IMG/VR virus record: IMGVR_UViG_3300043570_002098
DNA from: a virus
Direction: 5' to 3' (one strand)
DNA: 64,000 nucleotides
The translations under genes were made by a program, and so were the position numbers. This document shows positions 9,455-18,422 of the stretch, piece after piece. The notes under the pieces are model-generated. The model ran no database searches, had not been told where the DNA came from, and worked only from the letters and a program-made list of their open reading frames with translations. The stretch's first letter is position 1. Every line of letters begins with the position of its first letter.

Positions 9455-9793
9455 ATGGAAAATTTGGATCAACCAAAAAGAAGAAAGAAACCTTATAAAG
9501 AATTGATTATCAATGGAATTTATAAGGATTGGAAAAGTTTTTACGAACCAAACAAAGAAGACATTTATAAATCTATAATTGAAATTTTTGAGGAGTTTAA
9601 AAACACAAGAAAAAAATCTTTAGTATTAAAACTTTCAGCTAAGTTTAAAAACACTGATTGGAATACAGAATTTGAATTTCATCGTAATGAAACCATTGTT
9701 TTAAAAAGAGATATTTTACCTTTTTTTGAAGAAAATGAAGATTATGAAATGTGTGGTCAAGTATTAAATTTACATAAAGAATTGACTTCTTAA
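9455..9793 (+). CDS. Hypothetical protein with C-terminal UVR-like motif
   Basis: FEENEDYEMCGQVLNL near the C-terminus. Confidence 0.6.
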   Translation: MENLDQPKRRKKPYKELIINGIYKDWKSFYEPNKEDIYKSIIEIFEEFKNTRKKSLVLKLSAKFKNTDWNTEFEFHRNETIVLKRDILPFFEENEDYEMCGQVLNLHKELTS

Positions 9794-9823
9794 AATATAA
9801 TTAATATATTAGTAAAGTATCAG

Positions 9824-9848
9824 GAGAGAGGTACATTTATTTTTTGTC
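9824..9848. repeat. 25-bp imperfect direct repeat, copy 1
   Basis: GAGAGAGGTACATTTATTTTTTGTC; 23/25 identical to 24290-24314. Confidence 0.8.
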
Positions 9849-9851
9849 AAG

Positions 9852-9882
9852 TCCTCGAGGTTTATACTTCGGGGATTTTTTT
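9852..9882. terminator. Terminator hairpin between convergent genes
   Basis: TCCTCGAGGT-TTAT-ACTTCGGGGA followed by a T-run. Confidence 0.7.
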
Positions 9883-11489
9883 TATAATACCATTCTACTA
9901 CCTATTTGGAAATTACTTAAAAAATCAGAAAATGGTTTGGTGTTTCCACTCATTTTGTAGTTTGCGGAGAACCCAAATCTCTTACTAATTTTATAATCAA
10001 ATGCTGCACCTAATAAAAATCCCATATGTCTATTGACTGTTGTTACACCCGTTGCACTATTATAACTTATAGGTGCAAACATTGTAAATACCTGTGGTGA
10101 TATTGTTAATTTTTTATTATACTGATAAGGTTTAGTCCAAAACACAATTGCAGATGTAGCCATATTGTATTCAAACCCACCCGTCTCATCGTTTTTAAGT
10201 AATAGATTAATTACACCCACATTATAACCATATGTTCCTTTTTTTGCAGTTGGTTTGATGTATGTATATCCTAATAAATTCATATAGTTTCCACCTAAGT
10301 ACGCAATTCCAGTTCCGTATGAATGTATTGCGTCTAATTGTCCATCTTCGGTCATTCCCATTTTTGTTATACCACCCGTCATTACGATTGAACTTAAATT
10401 ACTATTCACCATCAATCCAGCACTATAACTCACATCACCTGCTAACGATGATTTACTAAGTCCTAATGATATAGACGCTAAGAAACTACCCGGAGTTGCT
10501 TCCATAACACTTATATCCGATGCCAATAGTGTTGGATTTGTTACCTCTTGTTTTTTCTTTTTTTCTTCTTCTTTTTTCTTTTCTTCCTCTTTCTTTTTCT
10601 CTTCCTCTTTTTTAGCTTCTTCTTTCTTCTCTTCTTCTTTTTTGGCTTCTTCCTTTTTCTCCTCAGTCTTTTTTTCTTCTGATTTCTTTTCTTCGGTTTT
10701 TGCTTCTTCTTTCTTTTCTTCTGTTTTAGCTTCAGTTTTCTTTTCTTCGGTTTTTTGTTCTGCAGGTTTGTCCGATTTAGTTTCAGCAGGTTTTGCCTCC
10801 GCGGGTTTTGCTTCAGCAGGTTTTGCTTCTGTTGATGATGAACTACCACCACTTGCAGGAGGTGGAGATGAACTACCACTTGCGGGTGGTGGTGCAGCTG
10901 CCGGTGGAGGTGCTGCCGTTGGTGGGGGTGCAGTGACTACGGGTGGTGGGGGTGGTGGTGCAATGTTTATTGGTGGTGGTGTTGCTGCATTTGCCGCTGC
11001 AGAACTTGCTGCCGCACTTGCCGATGAACTTGCTGCCGATGATGCCGATGAACTTGCAGCCTTTGCCGCAGCCTCTGCAGCCGCCTTTGCTGCAGCATCT
11101 GCGGCAGCTTTTGCGGCGGCGTCCGATGCCGCTTTTGCTGCGGCATCTGCAGCTGCCTTTGCGGCTGCGTCAGCGGCAGCTCTTGCTGCAGCATCTGCGG
11201 CAGCTCTCGCGGCAGCTTCTTGTGCCAATCTTATATTATCATTTATAGGACAAGGAGTTGAAAATATTGAATTTACCCATACTTGAAACGCACCACTACT
11301 CATGTCAGCTAATGTAACTATTTTAGATTTACCTCTAATAACTGCAACCGTTTGATTTTGACCAAAGGGAATTGTTACCACATAGACTTTATTGTCACAT
11401 GGATCAATATATGTTTGTGTTATAGTACTTTGACTAAACGACTTAACATAAAAAAATAATATTAGGAGAGAGATAATATATTTTTTCAT
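9882..11489 (-). CDS. Secreted protein with Ala-, Pro- and Lys/Glu-rich stalk and C-terminal outer-membrane beta-barrel
   Basis: Signal peptide (KSFS|Q), AAAKAAAD repeats, polyproline, KKEEE repeats, amphipathic beta strands at the C-terminus. Confidence 0.65.
   Translation of the reverse strand: MKKYIISLLILFFYVKSFSQSTITQTYIDPCDNKVYVVTIPFGQNQTVAVIRGKSKIVTLADMSSGAFQVWVNSIFSTPCPINDNIRLAQEAAARAAADAAARAAADAAAKAAADAAAKAASDAAAKAAADAAAKAAAEAAAKAASSSASSAASSSASAAASSAAANAATPPPINIAPPPPPPVVTAPPPTAAPPPAAAPPPASGSSSPPPASGGSSSSTEAKPAEAKPAEAKPAETKSDKPAEQKTEEKKTEAKTEEKKEEAKTEEKKSEEKKTEEKKEEAKKEEEKKEEAKKEEEKKKEEEKKKEEEKKKKQEVTNPTLLASDISVMEATPGSFLASISLGLSKSSLAGDVSYSAGLMVNSNLSSIVMTGGITKMGMTEDGQLDAIHSYGTGIAYLGGNYMNLLGYTYIKPTAKKGTYGYNVGVINLLLKNDETGGFEYNMATSAIVFWTKPYQYNKKLTISPQVFTMFAPISYNSATGVTTVNRHMGFLLGAAFDYKISKRFGFSANYKMSGNTKPFSDFLSNFQIGSRMVL
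10546..11221 (-). repeat. Coding low-complexity repeats (Ala-rich, polyPro, AEAKP, KKEEE)
   Basis: Visible in DNA and translation; locally GC-rich. Confidence 0.85.
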
Positions 11490-11495
11490 TATTCG

Positions 11496-12224
11496 TTATT
11501 CAAATTTTTCATTATAATCTTTTATTGTAAATGGACAATATACTGAATATCTAATGTCTTTTGATAAGTTTTTAGTTACCTCATGTACGTAATTGTATTT
11601 TTGATGTTCAATCAACACACATTTATTAAAATTTGGTAAAACTTCTATTTCACCATTTTTAGTATAAAGTTTTAATAATGACCCATCATCAAATTTTCTA
11701 TCGTTGTTTATAAAAAATACAGCAGTAAATAATCTTTCACCATTTGGGTCACTATCAAAATGTTTCTTAATAAATGATCCTTCTGGATATACATTTATAT
11801 GACCAACTAATGAATCTTTAAAATTTGGTTTAATTTTTTTATTAAATAATTCAAATAATATGTTTTCGTAACATTTAGATATTAGATCATAAATTCCATT
11901 AGTTTTTAACAAACTACTATTATGTGTTAATAAAAAATTAAAATAATCATTTTCATTAAATCCATATTGATCATTTAATTTATTTAAAAAACAATAATCT
12001 GTATAATTCAATGAATATGAATCTACTATTTTATTGTATCTTATTGGATCTATTTCTTTAACTTTATTTTCCACATCATTTGACCATTGTAAAAACCCTA
12101 ACGAGCTATTAATCTCATCAACATTTACGTCAAAATTAATTAATGATGTATTAAGTTTAACAAACTCATCTTTAGTAAGATAATTTTCTAAATCAAATAT
12201 TTTATAGTCAAAATCTAAATTCAT
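11496..12224 (-). CDS. 2OG-Fe(II) oxygenase, prolyl-4-hydroxylase-like
   Basis: Y..GSFI..HFD, R.FT.VFFIN, P.FN..V, HEV and RYS motifs. Confidence 0.8.
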   Translation of the reverse strand: MNLDFDYKIFDLENYLTKDEFVKLNTSLINFDVNVDEINSSLGFLQWSNDVENKVKEIDPIRYNKIVDSYSLNYTDYCFLNKLNDQYGFNENDYFNFLLTHNSSLLKTNGIYDLISKCYENILFELFNKKIKPNFKDSLVGHINVYPEGSFIKKHFDSDPNGERLFTAVFFINNDRKFDDGSLLKLYTKNGEIEVLPNFNKCVLIEHQKYNYVHEVTKNLSKDIRYSVYCPFTIKDYNEKFE

Positions 12225-13069
12225 TATTTGTTATTTAAACCTATTGATATTTGTGTGTATCCTCTTATTGGGTCGGTATCTAATTTTAATGTAACGAATT
12301 TAAAATCTTTTATAATACCAACTTTAAATGTGGTAAATGATGAATTTGATTTTGGAAATGAAATACCACCTAAGTCATCTTTACCTTGCCATCTAATAAC
12401 TTCATTACCAAATCCTACCATACCATGTATTCCTATTTTACCAATTCTTTTACCACCACCAACATAGAAAGTTGATTCTTTTTTCCAATCTTCTTTACTA
12501 AGTGGAAAGTCGACATTGTTAATTTGACCATATGGATAATAGCTATTTTGGTCTATTGCGTAAGTCATTACATAATCCATAATAAAATATCCTCTCTTGT
12601 CACCAATCGTTCCCCAATAAGAAATTTGTTTATTATTTGTATGTCCAAATCCAAAGGAGGTATAAACACGTTCTTTTCTAATAGTATCTCTTTTTCCACC
12701 TTCATATATATGAATTACACTTCTTTGTCTCCATCCGTAATCATCATACCAAATATAAGGCATTGGTTGATACCATCCCCAGTTTCCCCAATAGTAACCA
12801 AATTGATTATTTCTATTCCAATTTTGAACACGTACTCTACCACGTTGGTCTGGTTGTGATTGTTGAGGTTGATTATTTCTCCAACTACTTACATTATTTT
12901 GTTGTGGTACAGATGGTTGAACTCTTGTTTGAGTTGATTGTGATGTTTGTGATGATGCTGGAACACTTCCACCAGTTTGTCTCCAAGAACTAACTTGGGA
13001 ATATAACATTATTGTGCAGAATAATATTAATATTAATATTAAACCTGTAACTAATAAAACCTTTTTCAT
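12224..13069 (-). CDS. Secreted protein, probable small outer-membrane beta-barrel with Gln/Trp-rich N-terminal region
   Basis: Signal peptide, repeated VSSWR, aromatic-rich segment, beta strands ending TQISIGLN. Confidence 0.55.
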   Translation of the reverse strand: MKKVLLVTGLILILILFCTIMLYSQVSSWRQTGGSVPASSQTSQSTQTRVQPSVPQQNNVSSWRNNQPQQSQPDQRGRVRVQNWNRNNQFGYYWGNWGWYQPMPYIWYDDYGWRQRSVIHIYEGGKRDTIRKERVYTSFGFGHTNNKQISYWGTIGDKRGYFIMDYVMTYAIDQNSYYPYGQINNVDFPLSKEDWKKESTFYVGGGKRIGKIGIHGMVGFGNEVIRWQGKDDLGGISFPKSNSSFTTFKVGIIKDFKFVTLKLDTDPIRGYTQISIGLNNK

Positions 13070-13245
13070 ACTGTTTCAGTTAAAATTGTGGTTAGTAAAT
13101 AACCGGTTATTATTGGGAATGGTGAAAATATTAAAAAAAAGAACAATAACCTCCAAACCAATGGATCAACATTTGTACGGTGACTTAAACCACTACATAC
13201 ACCAAAAAAAACTTTGTCGTCGTGAACTCTTTTAAACTTTTTCAT
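13066..13245 (-). CDS. PspC domain membrane protein
   Basis: Not in ORF track (59 aa): MKKFKRVHDDKVFFGVCSGLSHRTNVDPLVWRLLFFFLIFSPFPIITGYLL... matches the PspC pattern R...DK...GVC.GL....DP...RL.F. Confidence 0.85.
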   Translation of the reverse strand: MKKFKRVHDDKVFFGVCSGLSHRTNVDPLVWRLLFFFLIFSPFPIITGYLLTTILTETV

Positions 13246-13269
13246 ATAATATAAATATTAAAAAAGGGG

Positions 13270-13503
13270 TTATAAAACCCCTTTTAAACATATTCTATCT
13301 AATTCTTCTTGCCTTAAACCTATGGTTGAATCTATTTGTCCTCCGTCGGATAAAATGTTTACTAAATAAAGACCAAATTTTTTATCACTTATCTCAATTT
13401 CTTGCCCATGTATAAACCCCATATCCATCAATTTTAATCTCATACATGGTGTACAATTTTCACAAGGATTATTTTGTGGAACGTCCACTACTTCATATTT
13501 CAT
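13270..13503 (-). CDS. FeoA-like SH3 domain protein
   Basis: RLKLMDMGFIHGQEIEI and IGLRQEE motifs; extra CxxCxxC. Confidence 0.75.
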   Translation of the reverse strand: MKYEVVDVPQNNPCENCTPCMRLKLMDMGFIHGQEIEISDKKFGLYLVNILSDGGQIDSTIGLRQEELDRICLKGVL

Positions 13504-14231
13504 TATTTCGTGAATATACCTTTTTTAATCATTCTATCAAGGATGTTAGCACATGCAATGTCTAAAGCTTTCTTTGTTGCAATACTAATTGTTGATTGAT
13601 TGAACTTAATTGGGTCAATGGTCGCATCCGATAAAAGGGTTAACTCTCTTTTTGTTGTTGCCTCACCTAAACCTGACCCACCAAATACTACACCTGTTTC
13701 AGCATCAGTAAATCTAACCTGAAGACCTATACGAGTTACCATATTGTCTTTAATACCGTCTTTTAGGTTAATAGTTTCGTCTTCTGACACCGAGTAGTCA
13801 TAACACTCAATCGTAACAAAATACTTCGCCAAATTGATTTTACCACGACCGTCTAATTTATTCTCAGAAATACCCGCAGCAGACGCTTGGAATTGTTTTA
13901 CCATCCTATTCTTAATTTCTGTCTTATCCTCGGTAAATTTGAATCTATTTAAGTTTTCAAGGTATTCCATTGAAATGTTAGCAACACCCAAACCAACACG
14001 TTTTTCTTTTAACTCAGGATACATTTCATACATCTCATCAGAAATGCCTGCCTTTAATATTTGAATTGGAATTTGAGGACCGTCGTAATCCATGTAAGCA
14101 CTTATGTCTCGTTTTTTTTCAAAATCTGCTTTATACTGTTCGGTTTTTGTTGATCCTATTGTTTGTCCCATTGCATTATCTGCAATTAAACAGGTTAAAA
14201 TAAAAATTAAAAATATTATTAAATGTCTCAT
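13503..14231 (-). CDS. CsgG/HfaB-like secreted protein
   Basis: Signal peptide; G....E.L.NLNRF..E, G...AKY.V, IGLQVRFTDAETG.V..GSG.G, C-terminal helix ATKKALD.A. Confidence 0.65.
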   Translation of the reverse strand: MRHLIIFLIFILTCLIADNAMGQTIGSTKTEQYKADFEKKRDISAYMDYDGPQIPIQILKAGISDEMYEMYPELKEKRVGLGVANISMEYLENLNRFKFTEDKTEIKNRMVKQFQASAAGISENKLDGRGKINLAKYFVTIECYDYSVSEDETINLKDGIKDNMVTRIGLQVRFTDAETGVVFGGSGLGEATTKRELTLLSDATIDPIKFNQSTISIATKKALDIACANILDRMIKKGIFTK

Positions 14232-14240
14232 AGTTTTATA

Positions 14241-14984
14241 TTAAGGGTTCCATTTATTTAATGCACTTATGTAGTTACTCGTCATATGATCTTTGGCAGT
14301 ATTACCTGTGAATACAGCTTTAAGATATTCACCAACTCTTTGCCAATCAATCATCCATTTTTTAACTTTACCCTCACTATCAATACGTAATTCAGTATTA
14401 ACGTGGTGATATCCAATATTTGGGGCACGAGTAACAACATCTAAATTATTAACAATCCTTAATGATTCAATTGATGATTTATCAAAGTTCTGTTTGAATA
14501 CTTTATTACCAACTCTTGGACTACCGATAGTACAACATATAATTTTATTTGATTTATAAATTGAATAAATCTCATATGCACATAAGGTAGAAACTGCAGC
14601 TCCCAAACTGTGACCGCAAACAATAATATTATCAACTTCACCCTCCCCACCTAATGTGGATAATGCTTTTTCAAATGATTTATAAGTTTCGTCTTTAACA
14701 GCGTCCCAAGATGATTTAAATCCAATGTGAACTTTTTCACCATCTTGAACAAATGGAACTTTATCAATTGATGCGTCGTTTTGGAAATCCTTTTTAGAAG
14801 AACTTCCTCTCCAAACGATATAGATAGATTTATCCTTTGTGGCAACAAATCCTTGTGTATCTGTTTTTTTATCGTCAATCCATTTAATTAATTTTAATCT
14901 TTGTGCTTTAAAATCAATGTCTTTTTGTTCTGAATATACTTTCTCGGTTAAACCGACATTGTATAGTATTTCGTTTTTTGTCAT
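14241..14984 (-). CDS. Lipase class 3
   Basis: WRGS, VHIGF, GHSLG nucleophile elbow, GSPRVGN, DVVTR.P and DH motifs. Confidence 0.92.
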   Translation of the reverse strand: MTKNEILYNVGLTEKVYSEQKDIDFKAQRLKLIKWIDDKKTDTQGFVATKDKSIYIVWRGSSSKKDFQNDASIDKVPFVQDGEKVHIGFKSSWDAVKDETYKSFEKALSTLGGEGEVDNIIVCGHSLGAAVSTLCAYEIYSIYKSNKIICCTIGSPRVGNKVFKQNFDKSSIESLRIVNNLDVVTRAPNIGYHHVNTELRIDSEGKVKKWMIDWQRVGEYLKAVFTGNTAKDHMTSNYISALNKWNP

Positions 14985-15008
14985 TGTGTATTTGTTTTTG
15001 TTATAATA

Positions 15009-15245
15009 TTACTGTCTTGCTGGCCATATACCACGAGTGGCTATTATGTATTTCATACCATCCATAGGTGGTTCCATTTTAGGTACCGCAAATAAATTTG
15101 GTGTTGCTCCGTATCTATCTTGCAGTAATACATATAACGCCTCATTTTCCCTTATGTTTAATAATTGTCCGTTGCATTCTACATATCCTTGAGGAGCGTA
15201 GCCTCCTGCAAATAATTTAATTGCCCCAATTAATTCTTCTTCCAT
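15009..15245 (-). CDS. Stand-alone phage tail-collar domain protein
   Basis: IGAIKLFAG..AP.G...CNGQLL.I..N.ALY.LL...YG and YIIA..GIWP.R. Confidence 0.85.
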   Translation of the reverse strand: MEEELIGAIKLFAGGYAPQGYVECNGQLLNIRENEALYVLLQDRYGATPNLFAVPKMEPPMDGMKYIIATRGIWPARQ

Positions 15246-15248
15246 AGT

Positions 15249-16322
15249 TTATTGTGTTTTTGTTTTAGATTGATCACCCTTCTTTAAAAATATATCAAAT
15301 ATTGTTTTAGGACTGTATTCTACAAGTAATATTAAACCCTTCCTCAACGTAGAGTTTTTTACAACGTGATTTAAAATATCTTTAATAACCTCTTTAATGG
15401 CGAAATTTTTAGTGTCAAAATATGTTCCATCAAAATATCTTGGACTTGTTCCCTCACCACCTGGTGAACCGTGATGAGCACCTATAGAGGTACGCCAATA
15501 ATCAGCATGATTTTGCCATTCAGGAACTGAAACCAATTCAGGTGAATCAAAAAATAAATTCCACGATAATACATTACCCTTTTGTAACATATTACCAGTA
15601 CCTAAGTTAAAAAGATTTAAAAAGTATTGATTAAACTTATCTAATTTGTGATCACTTGTTGTTACCATTCCTCCTATTTCTACATTGATATGTCCTGTAC
15701 TATATGCTTCTTCCTTTATTGCAAATTCAGGATTTTTAAATCTTGGTGATAAACCCTTTCCGAGTTGAAATATAGGTTCTTTAGGATTTCCTGGTAGATG
15801 TGTTAAAACACGAATAGCATTTTCTTTGTTGATAGGATACTTACGAGAACTGTATTTTAATAATGGCCAAATTGCTCTTAATAGACCACCTTGATTTTCA
15901 CCTGGTGTTAACCAAATTTTTCCCTCAACCATCATATCCGCAGCAATTTCCTTTGTGTCTTCATTAACCCATCCTCTTTGTCCCGTAACTGTTACTTCCA
16001 CATTGATACAAATCTCATCTCCAATCCACATCCCTTGTTGAGGACAGATTATGGAATAAATTCTACCTTCATTGGTATATCCTATTCTTGAAATATAAGG
16101 AGCAAATTGTACATAACAACGTTTTGGGTCTTTTTCCCCATTTAGGGTATTCCAACTAAACATTGGCCATTTAACACCCCATTGTCTTTGTAGTAAATTA
16201 ATGTTATCCATATTACCCAACATAGGTAATGAGGTTAAATCTGTGGTAGGATATAGCATTTTCTTTTGTTTTTCAGATGGAAAACCACCTTGCCATCCCG
16301 TAGGAATTTGTTCGTTTGTCAT
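15249..16322 (-). CDS. Hypothetical protein
   Basis: 357-aa ORF, no recognised motif; TATTTAT box upstream. Confidence 0.75.
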   Translation of the reverse strand: MTNEQIPTGWQGGFPSEKQKKMLYPTTDLTSLPMLGNMDNINLLQRQWGVKWPMFSWNTLNGEKDPKRCYVQFAPYISRIGYTNEGRIYSIICPQQGMWIGDEICINVEVTVTGQRGWVNEDTKEIAADMMVEGKIWLTPGENQGGLLRAIWPLLKYSSRKYPINKENAIRVLTHLPGNPKEPIFQLGKGLSPRFKNPEFAIKEEAYSTGHINVEIGGMVTTSDHKLDKFNQYFLNLFNLGTGNMLQKGNVLSWNLFFDSPELVSVPEWQNHADYWRTSIGAHHGSPGGEGTSPRYFDGTYFDTKNFAIKEVIKDILNHVVKNSTLRKGLILLVEYSPKTIFDIFLKKGDQSKTKTQ

Positions 16323-16344
16323 ATTCTTTTAATATAAATACACA

Positions 16345-16370
16345 AAAAAGGGAGTTTTTAACTCCCTTTT
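16345..16370. terminator. Bidirectional terminator-like hairpin
   Basis: AAAAGGGAGTT-TTT-AACTCCCTTTT. Confidence 0.75.
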
Positions 16371-16373
16371 ATA

Positions 16374-16622
16374 CTAACCTTCTGTTTCTTCTTTCTTTTT
16401 GTGAGAGAATTTATCCAAAGTATCTGCACCCATTCCAATTCCCGTGATTAACATCACCGCATTCACCAATTCAGGTGATGGAGCGAAATCCGCGTGAGAG
16501 AACGAATTTAAAATCATCGTAATACATAGGAATAAAGCACCTATCATTGCTATTACCGGCTTTACCGATATTGATCCTCTTTCATCTTTGAAAATTTCAA
16601 TAACCCATTGTTTAAAATTCAT
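16374..16622 (-). CDS. Small two-TM membrane protein (holin-like)
   Basis: Two hydrophobic helices, DERG.IS.K motif, charged C-terminus. Confidence 0.55.
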   Translation of the reverse strand: MNFKQWVIEIFKDERGSISVKPVIAMIGALFLCITMILNSFSHADFAPSPELVNAVMLITGIGMGADTLDKFSHKKKEETEG

Positions 16623-16651
16623 AGTTTTTTATTTTTTGTCTTTTGTTTATT

Positions 16652-17320
16652 TTATCCTTCCGTATGCATTTCTGCATTTTCATCTTTAATTTTACCACAT
16701 TTTAAACACTCCTCAATGCCATCACCATCCAAGTCACCCCAAACGTGTTCACATTGTCTATGTGCGAAATACATATCTATTTTACCGTCACCATCAAAAT
16801 CAATACCATCTATTGTACCATCACCATCTTCATCAACCTCAACACCTGTTCTTGGTTGTGATTTGAAAGGACTTTCAACAACTTGAGGATTATTTGGTTC
16901 TGATTTTACCTCTACTTTGTTTGCCTCAATTAAGTTGATTTCATGTGCGTTCTTTGCGGCTTGCACAAATGCATCTGGAATCAATGGAGTGTTATTTGGT
17001 GGAGTTACAGGCATATCAGCAGTATTACTCATTGACGTACCATCTTCTTCGTCCATTTTCTGAACTAACATCTTATCCTTATCAGTATCACTAAACCAAT
17101 AGTCAATGATTTTACCATAACTACCGATAAACGCTCCTAATAATAATAAAAGAAGTTCTTTCCATTCTCCTTCAATCGTAGATTTATTTAATATACCAAA
17201 GAACATTCCTCCAATAATAATCATAAATCCACCTAACACTATCGCAGTGATATACCACCTGCGTTTCATCATATTTGCTAATAAATCCTTAAATCCGCTT
17301 GGCGGTTGTTCATTACTCAT
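16652..17320 (-). CDS. Two-TM protein with DxDxDG Ca-binding loops and Cys/His cluster
   Basis: LLGAFIG....IIDYWF; DEDGDG, DFDGDG, DLDGDG; CEH...CLKC. Confidence 0.65.
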   Translation of the reverse strand: MSNEQPPSGFKDLLANMMKRRWYITAIVLGGFMIIIGGMFFGILNKSTIEGEWKELLLLLLGAFIGSYGKIIDYWFSDTDKDKMLVQKMDEEDGTSMSNTADMPVTPPNNTPLIPDAFVQAAKNAHEINLIEANKVEVKSEPNNPQVVESPFKSQPRTGVEVDEDGDGTIDGIDFDGDGKIDMYFAHRQCEHVWGDLDGDGIEECLKCGKIKDENAEMHTEG

Positions 17321-17337
17321 CTTTTTTTAATTTAAAA

Positions 17338-17652
17338 TTACCATTTAGGTGCTTCTTCTTTAAACTCATCACCTTCTTTTTTCTTAGGTTTTGGTGCTGG
17401 CGCCGGTTTAGCACTACCGTCTCCACCTTTATTGATGATTACAGTTTTACCACCACCCGATTGTTGAGTTTGTGAATTGGTAATGTTGATTACAGGTGCC
17501 GCTTGTTGAACGGGAGCCTCTTTTTCGTCACCACCTGTTAATTTTGTTGTAAACCAACCACCCACACCTAATGTGATGGTGCTTACTAAACCGATAATGA
17601 TGTTCTTAATTGAACCACCTGTACTTTCTGATTTTTCTTGTTCTTCTGCCAT
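17338..17652 (-). CDS. Single-TM hypothetical protein
   Basis: N-terminal TM helix and polar tail. Confidence 0.65.
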   Translation of the reverse strand: MAEEQEKSESTGGSIKNIIIGLVSTITLGVGGWFTTKLTGGDEKEAPVQQAAPVINITNSQTQQSGGGKTVIINKGGDGSAKPAPAPKPKKKEGDEFKEEAPKW

Positions 17653-17684
17653 AATTTTGTGTTTTTTGTCTTTATATAATTATC

Positions 17685-18053
17685 TTAAATTTTATTAAAA
17701 TCTGTAATTCCTAACATATTACCCGCAACATCGTATAATGCAATCCTATACGCTGAAGATGGTAAAGCGGATGTATACACCCTTAAAATGTTATCACCAA
17801 CCTTAACCTCACTTGTTGATTTTGATACCACTCTATTGGAAATATCAAAAATCTTAACGGTTACAGTTTGAGCAACATCACTTTTTATGTTCATTGCAAC
17901 TTCATTTGTTATAAATGAAGTTTCTAATTTTAATCCCACTGAACTTGAGATTTTAAGGTTGTCACTAATCACTTGTGGTTGCATTGGTATGTCTACTTTT
18001 CTACATCCAACAAGTAAGATTAATCCAAAGAGTACGAGAGATACTTTTTTCAT
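17685..18053 (-). CDS. Lipoprotein with Ig-like fold resembling a T9SS C-terminal domain
   Basis: LVGC lipobox; VKIFDISNRVV, GDN...V....LPS..Y.I.L pattern. Confidence 0.55.
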   Translation of the reverse strand: MKKVSLVLFGLILLVGCRKVDIPMQPQVISDNLKISSSVGLKLETSFITNEVAMNIKSDVAQTVTVKIFDISNRVVSKSTSEVKVGDNILRVYTSALPSSAYRIALYDVAGNMLGITDFNKI

Positions 18054-18065
18054 TTTTTGTCTTGT

Positions 18066-18419
18066 TTAATTTATAATTATTCTTGTTTTACCTATTTGAT
18101 TATTATTTTGATCCTTTAACACGACACTTAGGTTTTTTGTCGGTAAAGTATTAGTAAATATTTTAAGAGAGTTTAATCCTACTTTACCAGTAAACCTTTC
18201 CCTTGATACTACTTGGTTTTGAACCGTATCAATCATTGTTAAAGTATATACTCCTCCTGTAGTTAAATTAATATTAATAACATCCCCGTTTTTTACCTTA
18301 TTTTCAGATAAGGAGAAAAATTCCACATTTGTCGGTGACACAGGTGTAAACGGAACCATTTTTTTGCACGATATTATAAAAACCATACAACACAATAATA
18401 TAATTTTGATACGTTTCAT
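18066..18419 (-). CDS. Lipoprotein, paralog of 17685-18053
   Basis: IISC lipobox; VGLNSLKIFTNTLP aligns with VGDNILRVYTSALP. Confidence 0.6.
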   Translation of the reverse strand: MKRIKIILLCCMVFIISCKKMVPFTPVSPTNVEFFSLSENKVKNGDVININLTTGGVYTLTMIDTVQNQVVSRERFTGKVGLNSLKIFTNTLPTKNLSVVLKDQNNNQIGKTRIIIN

Positions 18420-18422
18420 ATT

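Noticed and set aside
10541-11286. Several overlapping ORFs in alternative frames and strands
   Set aside because: Shadows of the low-complexity repeats in 9882-11489.
16634-18061. GACAAAAAA just upstream of three module genes as a specific operator
   Set aside because: It matches part of the 25-bp repeat but cannot be told apart from ordinary A-rich Bacteroidota translation-initiation regions without statistics.
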